The notes under the pieces: model-generated
Seen by the model: only the letters and a program-made list of their open reading frames with translations
Told to the model about the DNA's origin: nothing
The model's database searches: none
DNA from: a virus
Lineage: Duplodnaviria; Caudoviricetes
Length of the DNA stretch: 64,000 nt
Reading direction: 5' to 3' (one strand)
Virus record (IMG/VR): IMGVR_UViG_2934156241_000001
Coordinates: 1-64,000 of that record
In this document: positions 9,748 to 18,864 of the stretch, one piece after another
How positions within the stretch are numbered: position 1 is the first letter of the stretch
Layout of the letters: each line of letters begins with the position of its first letter
Position numbers and translations under genes: made by a program

Positions 9748-10103
9748 TGCCTCGACCGACCCATTACGGCCCCCACCGGTCTCCGGACACCCTCGCGCGC
9801 AGGGCGCACTGGGACCAACGTGCGGCGTGCCGGTACGCGGACCCCGCCCTGTTCTTCCCGGAGGGCTTGGAGGCGGAGGTGGTCAGCAAGACCGCCCATG
9901 CAAAGGCAATTTGTCGTCGCTGTCCGGTTTCCGGGAACTGCCAGATCGAGGCCTTGGAGCGGCGCGAGCCGTTCGGAGTGTGGGGCGGTCTGGACTTGCA
10001 CGAGCGGAAGGCGATCCTTCGACGCGCCGCGCAGTTGGCAGCGGCCCGCGCGGCCGAGGCGAGGGAGGCCGCGGATGTCTGCGCGGAGGAATCCGCGGCC
10101 TGA
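9747..10103 (+). CDS. WhiB family Fe-S transcription factor
   Basis: AAC..DP.LFFP, CRRCPV..C, GVWGG. Confidence 0.95.
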   Translation: MPRPTHYGPHRSPDTLARRAHWDQRAACRYADPALFFPEGLEAEVVSKTAHAKAICRRCPVSGNCQIEALERREPFGVWGGLDLHERKAILRRAAQLAAARAAEAREAADVCAEESAA

Positions 10104-10305
10104 GCTGCCGCCGACCGGCCTCCTGGACTGGACGGACGGGCGGCACTGGTCCCAGCAGACCAGGCCCTGCCGGTACTGCGGGCAGCCGACCCACCTCCGG
10201 GACTCCCACCGCGCACCAGCACACAAAACGTGTGCCGAGACCGCCCTCGCCGAGCAGGTGGCCGACCAGGCCGCGGCCTACCACAACGAACGACTGAACC
10301 CCTGA
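10075..10305 (+). CDS. Small Zn-binding protein
   Basis: PCRYCGQPT.LRD...AHKTCAE. Confidence 0.7.
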   Translation: MSARRNPRPELPPTGLLDWTDGRHWSQQTRPCRYCGQPTHLRDSHRAPAHKTCAETALAEQVADQAAAYHNERLNP

Positions 10306-10319
10306 GAACGGAGCCACCT

Positions 10320-10619
10320 GTGGCGATCACCGAGAACGAGATCCGGATCCGCTTCGCGCCGCCGGCCACCGATGAGAACCGGACGGCAATAAAGGAACGT
10401 CTGGCAGCGGCGGCCCAGGAGTTCGCACTCCTCGTCCACGAACTGGTCCCCGGGAGCCGGGAGGAGTCGGAAGCGATTTTCGCTGTCGAGCAAGCCCTGT
10501 GGTGTGCCCAGGCCGGCGTGGACCGCCGCTACGTGCCCCGGGGCGAGAGAAAGCCGGTCCTTGCCGGCTCCAAACCTGCTCCGCTGCCCGTCCCCGCTGG
10601 TGCCGGGGAGGCGACGTGA
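10320..10619 (+). CDS. Acb2/Tad1-like helical hairpin protein (divergent)
   Basis: RF.PP...LVPGSREESEAIFAVEQALWCAQAGVDR resembles the P.SRE.SLA.T.LEEA.MWANA.IAR pattern. Confidence 0.55.
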   Translation: MAITENEIRIRFAPPATDENRTAIKERLAAAAQEFALLVHELVPGSREESEAIFAVEQALWCAQAGVDRRYVPRGERKPVLAGSKPAPLPVPAGAGEAT

Positions 10620-11062
10620 TCCGGCCGGGCCCGCTCGTGCCGCTGGTCGAGGCCGTCCAGCGGCATGTGTGCGCCGGCGACCTCGACCACGCGGCGGCTG
10701 TCCTGGACGAGGTGCAGAAACGCGGGGATGCCTCCGACGTCTACGGCCTGTGCTGCGTGGTCGCGGAATCGGGACTCCAGGCCCTGCGCGACCTGGTGAA
10801 CCAGCGCCCGGACCTGGACGACTCGTGGGCCCGGACGCTCGGCCTGGTCGACGTCGACGGCAGCGACCTGCACCGGCTGTTCGCTGCCCGGTTCCTCGTC
10901 GCGTACCTCAACGAGGACCGGCAGATGACGACCGCTCTGTTCTCCGTCGCCGGCCTCGCCGGCCCGCAGTCGCGTACCGAATCGGTGTGCGCGCTGCTGG
11001 CCCTGGTGTCCGGATTCCACCGCCACACCCGCCCCCACGTCCCTGGAAGGGAACTCGCCTGA
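10616..11062 (+). CDS. Hypothetical protein
   Basis: GTGA-coupled ORF with good GC3 bias. Confidence 0.7.
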   Translation: MIRPGPLVPLVEAVQRHVCAGDLDHAAAVLDEVQKRGDASDVYGLCCVVAESGLQALRDLVNQRPDLDDSWARTLGLVDVDGSDLHRLFAARFLVAYLNEDRQMTTALFSVAGLAGPQSRTESVCALLALVSGFHRHTRPHVPGRELA

Positions 11063-11283
11063 TGACCAGCAACATGGCCCGCTTGGCAACCAGTTACCGG
11101 CCCCGGCTGAGAGGCGACGGCCGCGCCACCATGGGGCGCTCCCTGGCCGAGAAGTACGTGGCCGGCGCCTCGATTCGGGCCGTGGCCGAAGGGGCGGACC
11201 TGTCCTACGGGACTGCGCGGACACTGCTCCTGGAGGCCAAGGTCGCGCTCCGCTCGCGCGGCGGAGCGCGACCCCGTGGCTGA
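11062..11283 (+). CDS. Small HTH DNA-binding protein
   Basis: KYVAGASIRAVAEGADLSYGTARTLLLEA.V.LRSRGG. Confidence 0.8.
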   Translation: MTSNMARLATSYRPRLRGDGRATMGRSLAEKYVAGASIRAVAEGADLSYGTARTLLLEAKVALRSRGGARPRG

Positions 11284-11506
11284 CCGGCCGTATGCCACCA
11301 CCCGTGACCTTGTGGTCGGCGCGGTCCGCATTTCGCCGGCCGAGGTCGACGTGGCGATGCGCCCGCGCGGTGACGCGCGGCGCCGGTACCTCTGACCTGC
11401 CCGGACACCCCGTCCGCCTGGCGTCCGGACACGGTCCGGGCACCCCCTCCCTAGTGTCCCGGGCGCGTCCTCGTGCCCGGGGCCGCTGCTGCCCCGGAGC
11501 GCGCTC

Positions 11507-11947
11507 ATGACCTCGTCCGTGCGGTTGTTCCACGGCGGTGTGCCCGGCCTCGTCGCCGGCGACCGCGTCGTCCCTGCCCCGCCCCATGTGGTCGACGGCT
11601 GCCCGATCTGCGCCGCGAAGGCTGCCGGCGTCCAGCCGGCTGTCCCCGGTCTGGGCAACGTGGACCCGATCACCGAACGGCCGGACCGGGTCTACGTCAC
11701 CAGCGACCGGGAGTACGGGCGTTTCTACGCCTCGAAACGGTGGCTCGGTGACCTCTACACCGTCGAGCCGGCCGGGGAGTTGGAGGTGTCCACGGAGGAC
11801 TTGTTCCCGACCTGGTGCGTGGAGGCGGCCGTCGTGACCGGGGTGGTGTCGCGGGCGGTGCGCCTGACGGACCGGCAGCGGCTCACGCTCACCCGCCGGT
11901 GGAAGGCCCTGGAGGACGCCCAGCGGTTCGCGCGGTACGGGCTGTGA
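11507..11947 (+). CDS. Arr-like ADP-ribosyltransferase-fold protein
   Basis: LFHGG..GL..GD...P, VYVT, LYTVEP.G.LE. Confidence 0.6.
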   Translation: MTSSVRLFHGGVPGLVAGDRVVPAPPHVVDGCPICAAKAAGVQPAVPGLGNVDPITERPDRVYVTSDREYGRFYASKRWLGDLYTVEPAGELEVSTEDLFPTWCVEAAVVTGVVSRAVRLTDRQRLTLTRRWKALEDAQRFARYGL

Positions 11948-12168
11948 CGGGCGTGGTGCCCTCCGTGGGGCGGTGTGGACTCTGCGGCCACCAGCGGGCG
12001 TTGAGCACCCACCGTTCTGTGCGGGACGGGCTGCTGCGGCGGCTGTGTACCCCGTGCTACTCGGACGCCTGCCTCATCGAAGAGGCAGGGCAGTTCTTGA
12101 CGTTCCGGCAGGCCTTCGACCAGGCGACAGACGGCCAGTTGGCCACATGGCTGGATGCAACCCAATAA
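11944..12168 (+). CDS. Small Zn-finger protein
   Basis: GTGA coupling; CGLC...CTPC. Confidence 0.5.
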   Translation: MTGVVPSVGRCGLCGHQRALSTHRSVRDGLLRRLCTPCYSDACLIEEAGQFLTFRQAFDQATDGQLATWLDATQ

Positions 12169-12180
12169 TCCAATTAGGTG

Positions 12181-12216
12181 TTGCAACTTGACCATGCAAC
12201 GCAGGAATGCAACATT
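12181..12216 (+). promoter_or_regulatory. TTGCAA-box promoter upstream of replication initiator
   Basis: TTGCAA-cTTGACc-ATGCAA-7bp-ATGCAACATT. Confidence 0.7.
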
Positions 12217-12300
12217 GGGCGTCTTGGCGATGACGTGCCTGACCAGGGCACCGGACCGCCTTGACCCTCCACTGACCGAGCACGATCGAGATGAGACCAC

Positions 12301-13917
12301 GTGAGGATTCGGCGCACCAGGCTCACCCGGGATTTCCTCCAGGTGCCTAACGCGACCGCCAGGGACGGCCGCCTGAGCCACATGGCTCGCGGCATCCTCC
12401 TTGAGCTCCTCAGCCGTCCCGATGGCTGGGAGGCCACCGCTGATGACATGTGGCGCGAGTCCCTGAGCAGGCACGGCAAGAGCAGCCCCGGCCGCCGCGC
12501 ATTCCGTTCGGCCTTCGCCGAGTTGAAGCGGCACGGCTACCTGGTCGCCGGCCTTGACTCCCTCGAAGGTGGCCGGCACGGCACCGTCCTGACGCTCACC
12601 GACATTCCCGCAGCTCACACCGAGGTGCCAGACGCTGGCACGCCGGACGTGGTCGACGCGCTGGATATCGAGGCGCTGGGGGACGGGCCGATCGACCGGT
12701 CCGACGTACCAGACGCCGGTACGTCGGTCCCACCTGCGGATATGGACGTTTCCGCAGGTCGCTCCGACGTACCGCTTTCCGACGTACCACACGCTGGTAC
12801 GTCTAATAGAAAACAGAGTAAGAAGACGGGGAAGGAGAAAACGGGTGGGGTTGCTGACGCCGTAGGCAAGGGTGCGGGTGGTTTCGCGCCTGCGGGCGAG
12901 AGCGACAGCGCGGGCGCCGAAAGCGACCAGCCCGAAGGCGGCTGCGCCGCGTCCCGCACAGCACCCCCGACCCAGCGCAAGAAGTCCCCCCGACCGGCGA
13001 CGACGAAGACCGTGCCGCGGCAGCAGTCGCCCGCCTTCGAGCTGGTGCGCGCCGCCATCCCCGCCGAGGTCGCCAAGCCCGGCACGACACTCTTCCCCGG
13101 ACTCCACCGGGCCATCAACGACCTGCTGACCGGCACCCCCACAGCAGGCATCCCGTCCCGGACGCCGGACCAGGTGATCGCCCGGCTCAACCGCCGCTGG
13201 TACGGCGAACAGGCAGACCGCCGGTCCGCTGCCGCCTACCGGGGGTGCGACCGGTGCACGGCCACCGGCTGCCACAACGTCCGCCGCTCACCCGATGACC
13301 CTGACGGCTGCGACCGGATCAAGAACCGCAACTCCTGGCTCGCCGCCGCGATCCTCGCCCAGGACTGCCCGAACCCCTCGTGCGAGGACGGGCAGCTCAT
13401 CGGCGCCGGAGCGTGCCGGGCCTGCCAGGAACAGCACGGGGAGCACCGCGCCGCCGAGCGCGCCGCTGCCGCTGCCGCCGCCCGGATCCAGGAACACCTG
13501 GACACCCACGCCGCCGCCGCTGCCGCCCTCGATGCCTGGACAACCGCCGAGACAGTCGAGGAGCACCGGCTCCGCGCCGCCCTCGGTGCCGCCGGGGTCT
13601 ACAGCGTGCGTCTCGACCACCAGGTCCACCAGCACATGACCGGCTGGAGAGACCGCAACCCGAAGCCCGCCCCCACCCGCGACGACCAGCAGCGGCACCG
13701 AGCCCCCCAGGCTCCCGTTCAGGGCGCGTTCCTGGTGCCCGTGCCCACCGGTTCCACCGAGGAGCCCGCAGCCCCGCACGCACCCGCTGAACGATCTTCA
13801 AGCCGACAGCACCCGCTGGAGAACTGCGACGGCTGCGACCGAGCACACCGCCCCACCACCCCCGGCCGCCCGTGCGCGACCTGCCGCACCGAGCAGCGGG
13901 CGGTGAACACCGCATGA
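12301..13917 (+). CDS. Phage replication initiator (N-terminal wHTH, C-terminal Cys motifs)
   Basis: FLQVPNATARDGRLSHMARGILLELLSRPDGW...AFAELK..GY; internal DNA repeats. Confidence 0.8.
   Translation: MRIRRTRLTRDFLQVPNATARDGRLSHMARGILLELLSRPDGWEATADDMWRESLSRHGKSSPGRRAFRSAFAELKRHGYLVAGLDSLEGGRHGTVLTLTDIPAAHTEVPDAGTPDVVDALDIEALGDGPIDRSDVPDAGTSVPPADMDVSAGRSDVPLSDVPHAGTSNRKQSKKTGKEKTGGVADAVGKGAGGFAPAGESDSAGAESDQPEGGCAASRTAPPTQRKKSPRPATTKTVPRQQSPAFELVRAAIPAEVAKPGTTLFPGLHRAINDLLTGTPTAGIPSRTPDQVIARLNRRWYGEQADRRSAAAYRGCDRCTATGCHNVRRSPDDPDGCDRIKNRNSWLAAAILAQDCPNPSCEDGQLIGAGACRACQEQHGEHRAAERAAAAAAARIQEHLDTHAAAAAALDAWTTAETVEEHRLRAALGAAGVYSVRLDHQVHQHMTGWRDRNPKPAPTRDDQQRHRAPQAPVQGAFLVPVPTGSTEEPAAPHAPAERSSSRQHPLENCDGCDRAHRPTTPGRPCATCRTEQRAVNTA
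12622..12825. repeat. Iteron-like palindromic repeats and A-rich tract (candidate origin)
   Basis: CCGACGTACC-n7-GGTACGTC at 12701 and 12779, degenerate copy at 12622, half-site at 12764; then TAATAGAAAACAGAGTAAGAAG. Confidence 0.7.
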
Positions 13918-14369
13918 ACCGAACCTCCCTGCCCGAACTCGCATGCGTGCTGCGGACCCTGGGCACCTACGGCCACCGGCTCGATCCGGCGACCGCTACC
14001 CCGGAACAACTGGCCATCATCACCCGCGCCGTGAACGAGGCCCGGCACCTGGTCGCCGCAGCACAGGGGCCGGCCCCGCTCACCGGATGCGGGGAACACC
14101 CGGCCGGTCCGGTCGACCCCACGGACGGCCGGTGCCTCCTGTGCCGCCCCCGCCGCCACCGCTCCCAGGCCGCGGCCGCCGCGCCCACCACCGACGTCCA
14201 GGTCGAGGACATCGTCCAGGCAGTCGCCGAGCTCGGGGAGCAGGAAGCCGTACGCCGCTACGGCGGCCGCGCAGTCACCCGGGCCACCGCAGCAGCCGGC
14301 CGAGGCACCCACCGCTACCCGCCCAACGAGCGCCCCACCAGGCGCAACCACGAAGAGAGCACTGCATGA
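13914..14369 (+). CDS. Hypothetical protein
   Basis: ATGA coupling; CGEHP...CLLC. Confidence 0.7.
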   Translation: MNRTSLPELACVLRTLGTYGHRLDPATATPEQLAIITRAVNEARHLVAAAQGPAPLTGCGEHPAGPVDPTDGRCLLCRPRRHRSQAAAAAPTTDVQVEDIVQAVAELGEQEAVRRYGGRAVTRATAAAGRGTHRYPPNERPTRRNHEESTA

Positions 14370-14626
14370 GGCGCCTGAACGACAAGAACCGTGACAGTTA
14401 CGCCGAAAACGCATCGCTGGAAAGCATCCAGGCCGCGCTTAAGGCTGAGCACGTCGAGCGTCGCCGGGTCGACCGGCGGATCACGTGGCTGGAGGACCTG
14501 CTGCTCCGCCGCGCCCAACAGGTTGCGGCCGGCGCCTGGCCCGGGACCCCCGCAGCCGAAGAGCCGACGGTTCCGGCGACCGAGATGCGCCCGCAGAGGC
14601 GCGACCACGAAGAGAGCACCGCATGA
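14366..14626 (+). CDS. Hypothetical protein
   Basis: ATGA coupling; bounded by 30-bp direct repeats. Confidence 0.65.
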   Translation: MRRLNDKNRDSYAENASLESIQAALKAEHVERRRVDRRITWLEDLLLRRAQQVAAGAWPGTPAAEEPTVPATEMRPQRRDHEESTA

Positions 14627-15039
14627 ACGCCCTGATCGCCCATGACCCGACTACGGGCCTGCGCCGGGGCCCGGTGCGCTGGCCGGACGGCACCCCGCCG
14701 CCCCCCTTCGGCTGCCGCCGCTGCGGCCACGACACCGCCGTCCACGGCGCAGGCGCCCACCAGTGGGAGCGCCCGACGAACCCGCAAATCCTTGCCCGGA
14801 TGCGGGCCCGCCGCCGCGCCCGCGCCGAGGAACGCCGCCTCACCAGGGTGTACGTGGCGTTCTGCCGGGCCGCGTTCGCCCGCGACGTCCAAGAGGCCAC
14901 CCGCTGCGACGAGATGGCGCACAACAGCGTCGGCGCTGAGACGTTCTGCACCCAGGACGACCCGGACCACGACGGCCTGTGCGACGACGGCGAAGGCTTC
15001 CTGTGGCTGGGCGTCCGCAACGAGGAGCGAGGCCAGTGA
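14623..15039 (+). CDS. Hypothetical Zn-binding protein
   Basis: PFGCRRCG...H...H.W..PT..QILARM.ARR. Confidence 0.7.
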   Translation: MNALIAHDPTTGLRRGPVRWPDGTPPPPFGCRRCGHDTAVHGAGAHQWERPTNPQILARMRARRRARAEERRLTRVYVAFCRAAFARDVQEATRCDEMAHNSVGAETFCTQDDPDHDGLCDDGEGFLWLGVRNEERGQ

Positions 15040-15239
15040 CCCGCGAACTCGACGCCACCCGCGTGGAGGAGATCCAGGCCCTCGTCCGGCAGCTCACCAC
15101 TGCCCCCGTCGGCGACCCGGCCCCGCTCCTCGACTACTGCCGAACCGCACTGACGGACCTCCTGGCCGACCGGGACGACCTGATCCGCTCCCACGCCGAG
15201 ACCGCCGAGGAACTGGCCCTGTGGACGGGCACCCTGTGA
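15036..15239 (+). CDS. Hypothetical protein
   Basis: GTGA coupling; GAGGAG RBS. Confidence 0.6.
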   Translation: MTRELDATRVEEIQALVRQLTTAPVGDPAPLLDYCRTALTDLLADRDDLIRSHAETAEELALWTGTL

Positions 15240-16135
15240 TGACCGACCAGCCCACCGCCGCCCCGGACAGGCAGCGCATCCACCCGCTGGACACGGAGAT
15301 CCGCGCACTCCTCGCCGAGGGCCTGCCCAATTCGGCGATCAGCCGACGCCTGTACGTCGGGACGAAGACCGTCGCGGAGACCCGGGCCGCGGCCGGTATC
15401 CCGCCGACCCCGCGCAGCGCCTGGACGAAACCGCTCCACCCGAAGGAGCGCACCATCCGCGTGCTGCTGGACGAGGGCTACAGCAACGCGGAGATCCGGC
15501 GCCGGACCGGCGCCGACGTCGCCACCGTCGCCCGGCGGCGGAAGGCCGAACACGTCGGCCCGCCGACCGTCCGCACCCAGGCCCCCTACGTCCACCCCCG
15601 GGACGCGGAGATCCGGGCCATGCTGCGCCACCACAGCAACGACGCCATCGCGGACCAACTCCACGTAGACCGGGCCGCCGTGCGCCGCATCCGCGACCTC
15701 GCCGGCGTCAGCTACCACCCGCAGGGCTTCGCGACCGCCGAGGAGAAGTGGAGCAGCTTCGTGCGGCCGGTCGACGACGGCCACCTGGAGTGGACGGGCG
15801 AGCGGGGCGGGCGCAGCGGCACCCCCGTCATGCGGTTCCGGGAGAAGTCCGTAAGCCCCTCCGGTATCGCTTTCCGTAAGCGCTCCGGCCGCAACCCGGT
15901 CGGGCAGGTCCGGCCGGAGTGCGGGGTCCGCCACTGCCAGGAGCCGGACCACGTGGAGGACGAACCAGGCCGCCAACAGCTCCGCGCCACCCTCCGCGCG
16001 ATCAGGGGCCTACCCGCGCCGTCCGGGCCCTGCCGCTACGGCCACGACCAGACCGAGCACGGACTCCTGGAGGAGGACGGCACCTCGTACTGCGGCCAGT
16101 GCAAACGCGAACAGAAACGCCCCAACACGGCCTGA
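15239..16135 (+). CDS. Triple-HTH plus degenerate HNH-like protein (paralogue of 8781-9440)
   Basis: Three HP....IR..L....N..I repeats; GHLEWTG...CGVRHC..PDHVED; C..GH...CGQC. Confidence 0.75.
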   Translation: MTDQPTAAPDRQRIHPLDTEIRALLAEGLPNSAISRRLYVGTKTVAETRAAAGIPPTPRSAWTKPLHPKERTIRVLLDEGYSNAEIRRRTGADVATVARRRKAEHVGPPTVRTQAPYVHPRDAEIRAMLRHHSNDAIADQLHVDRAAVRRIRDLAGVSYHPQGFATAEEKWSSFVRPVDDGHLEWTGERGGRSGTPVMRFREKSVSPSGIAFRKRSGRNPVGQVRPECGVRHCQEPDHVEDEPGRQQLRATLRAIRGLPAPSGPCRYGHDQTEHGLLEEDGTSYCGQCKREQKRPNTA

Positions 16136-16204
16136 CCACACCCACCTTGTGGCAGCCCTACCACCGGGGCGGCCCACCCACCCCTTAAGAGAACGGAACG
16201 CACG

Positions 16205-16657
16205 ATGACGCACACCCAACCCGACCCGGTCCTCATCGCCCTCGCACAGGCCGAGCCGCCGACCGCCAACGGCCCGGCGGCCCACACACGGGAACTCGCA
16301 ACCATGCTCCGCGTGATCAACGGCACCCACCGGGACGGCTGGTACGACCACGAGACCGGCCCCGGCATGGACCGGGCCGCCGCGCTGCTCGACGCCTCCG
16401 CGGACCTAGTCGACGCCGCTACGGCAGGGAAGCCGCGCCTCCTCGACGCCTACGGCCGCACCATCCACGAGGGCGACATCGTCGGCGGCACCACATCCGG
16501 CCGCTACCAGGCCACGATCAGCGGCCCGATCCTCCAACTCGGCACGGGACGGGTCAAGATCCGCGTCACCAGCCCCGGCCAGGGCTGTGACCGGCCCAAG
16601 ACCGGAGACGGCAAATGGATCTCCGTTGACCGGGTCTTCCTCATCTCCCGAGCCTGA
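16205..16657 (+). CDS. Hypothetical protein (SH3/KOW-like C-terminus)
   Basis: ORF with RBS; DAYGRTIHEGDIVG. Confidence 0.65.
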   Translation: MTHTQPDPVLIALAQAEPPTANGPAAHTRELATMLRVINGTHRDGWYDHETGPGMDRAAALLDASADLVDAATAGKPRLLDAYGRTIHEGDIVGGTTSGRYQATISGPILQLGTGRVKIRVTSPGQGCDRPKTGDGKWISVDRVFLISRA

Positions 16658-16726
16658 CACCCCGACGGCCGCCCCCCCCCCACACGGGGGCGGCCCACCC
16701 CCAACCAACCACCACCGGAGACACCC

Positions 16727-17551
16727 ATGCCCACCCGAGACTTCACCCGCACCGAACTCGCCAACCTCGGCGTACCGCCGGACAGCCCGGAGGACGTCGA
16801 GTGGTCAGACACCGTGCTGGCCGACACGCACGTGACCGTCCTGAAGTACAGCCAGCAACGCCGCTGCGTGTTCCTCACCGAGGGCGAGACGTACGCCGTC
16901 GAGTACGAGGCCCCGATCGACCTCGGGGACCTCGAAGTCGACGGAGGCCCGCCGGAGAACCACGGCTGGTACGGCGACACCGTCACCGCCACCCGCGTCA
17001 TCCAGCGCCCCACGGTCGTGGACACGTGGCAGACGTACGTGCCGGCGGTCCACGACGGGCCGGACCGGACCGCGCTGCAGCAGCTCACCGAAATCTACGA
17101 GGACGGCGGCATCCACACCAGGGACGCCCGGCAGCACGCGGCCGAGCTGCTCGCCGTACACGACGCCGAGCAGGCCGACCAGTCCCGCGCTCGGCACTTC
17201 GTCCAGGCCGCGGCCGCGATCGTGGAACTTCAGGACCAGATGGACGCGGAGATCCGCACGGAGTACGGCGGGGAGCTGGACCGGGACACCGAGGTTGAGA
17301 GCGCGGCCACGCGCCGCATGGCCGCCATGCTCCAGGAACGCGCCGAGGAGCCCACGACCGGTGACGCCCCGGCACTCGCCGGCCTGGTCGACGCCGTCGC
17401 CGACGTCATCCGTGACTTCGACAACGACGCCTGGAACTCCACCAAGGATCAAGTCAACGATCTGCGTTACGCGTTGGGCGCCTACCGCGAGCGGACGGCC
17501 GCTGTAGCACGCCCCGCTGACCGGGCGGTCGGCAGGTGCGACGCCGTTTAG
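16727..17551 (+). CDS. Hypothetical protein
   Basis: GGAG RBS; strong codon bias. Confidence 0.75.
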   Translation: MPTRDFTRTELANLGVPPDSPEDVEWSDTVLADTHVTVLKYSQQRRCVFLTEGETYAVEYEAPIDLGDLEVDGGPPENHGWYGDTVTATRVIQRPTVVDTWQTYVPAVHDGPDRTALQQLTEIYEDGGIHTRDARQHAAELLAVHDAEQADQSRARHFVQAAAAIVELQDQMDAEIRTEYGGELDRDTEVESAATRRMAAMLQERAEEPTTGDAPALAGLVDAVADVIRDFDNDAWNSTKDQVNDLRYALGAYRERTAAVARPADRAVGRCDAV

Positions 17552-17714
17552 ATCGACGACTAGGGCGCCCTGTGGGGCGAGTGCCAGACCAGCCCGCCGG
17601 CCGACGGCGACGCAATCCTCCCGCTGGTTTGGGCGAACGACCGCCCGGAGGCCGCCCCCGCCCGACACGGGGGCGGCCCCGGCCCACCAGCAAACCACCA
17701 GGAGAACCAGCCCC

Positions 17715-18209
17715 ATGCAGCACACCGCCCCCGTCCTCGGCACCCCGCCCCGCCCGGTGCTCACCCCGACCGGCGACCCGGGCCCCGTGGAACTCGCCGT
17801 GCTCGACTCGATCGCGGCCGGCCACGACCCGGAGACGTTCCTCTGGATCGTCATCCACCGCCCCGACGGCGGAGCCGGCATCCGGTACGCCTGGACCGCC
17901 GGGGGAACCACCCTGGGCGACCGCGTCGATGACCACGCCATGACCGCCGGCCTGGACTTCGCGGACTGGTTGGAGATCACCGACCGCAACAGCCAGCACT
18001 CCACTCGTGGCCGGATCAACATCCAGGCCTGTGCCCTGCGCCCGATCCTCGCCGACGTCACCAACGGCTACCGCGCACCGGAGGACCGCCGCGAAGGCCT
18101 CCGCCGGGTGATCCGCTGCGCCGCCGAGACCACCGGCCAGACCCCGCACCCGGGGTTCCCCCGCTGGTTCGGCGTCGGCCCCGCCCTCCTGAACCGACCG
18201 ACCCGCTAA
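17715..18209 (+). CDS. Hypothetical protein
   Basis: AGGAG RBS; strong codon bias. Confidence 0.75.
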   Translation: MQHTAPVLGTPPRPVLTPTGDPGPVELAVLDSIAAGHDPETFLWIVIHRPDGGAGIRYAWTAGGTTLGDRVDDHAMTAGLDFADWLEITDRNSQHSTRGRINIQACALRPILADVTNGYRAPEDRREGLRRVIRCAAETTGQTPHPGFPRWFGVGPALLNRPTR

Positions 18210-18259
18210 CCGCACCCAGGCCGCCCCCGCCCCAGGGGGCGGCCCCGGAGGAGACCCCA

Positions 18260-18631
18260 GTGGACCACCTCACCACCGCCGACGAGATCCGGGAGTTCCT
18301 GGCCCTGTGCCTGAACCCCGGGTACGGCATCAAGCGGGCCCCCGCCAAGCTCGCCAAGGTCATGCCCGTAGCGCTCCGCGACCGGCTGGAGACCTACGTC
18401 CCGCAGCTCGCCGACCTCCGCGAGAAAGCCGAACGCCTGGAGGCCGCGGCCGACCAGGCACGCAAGGCACACGCGGACGCCCTCGAACAGTGGGTTAAGG
18501 CCCCGCCGCACACCAGGCCGGCTGAACCGTGGCGTACCTGCTGCGACCTCGGATTCCAGACCAGAGGCCGCGACCACACCGACGACCGCCCCACGCCCAC
18601 CAGCACCGAGCAGGAGCACACCCACTCATGA
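18260..18631 (+). CDS. Hypothetical coiled-coil protein
   Basis: GGAGGAG RBS + GTG. Confidence 0.7.
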   Translation: MDHLTTADEIREFLALCLNPGYGIKRAPAKLAKVMPVALRDRLETYVPQLADLREKAERLEAAADQARKAHADALEQWVKAPPHTRPAEPWRTCCDLGFQTRGRDHTDDRPTPTSTEQEHTHS

Positions 18632-18864
18632 CCGAGCAGACACCCGGCGAAACGAAGCTCGCGATGATCGACGGCCGGGACGCCCTGGCCTACGTCATCA
18701 TCCGGCCCGGCACCACGGAGGGCAGCGTCCTCCTGGAGGCCGCGGCCTCCGGCCTGGACAAGGCAGCCGGCGCCTACATCCTCCGCAACATCGCGGACCT
18801 GTGGGACGAGGAGACCGCCATGGAGGCCGGCGCCCCCGACACGACCGGGCCGAGCGCCACGTGA
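18628..18864 (+). CDS. Hypothetical protein
   Basis: AGGAG RBS; ATGA coupling. Confidence 0.7.
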   Translation: MTEQTPGETKLAMIDGRDALAYVIIRPGTTEGSVLLEAAASGLDKAAGAYILRNIADLWDEETAMEAGAPDTTGPSAT

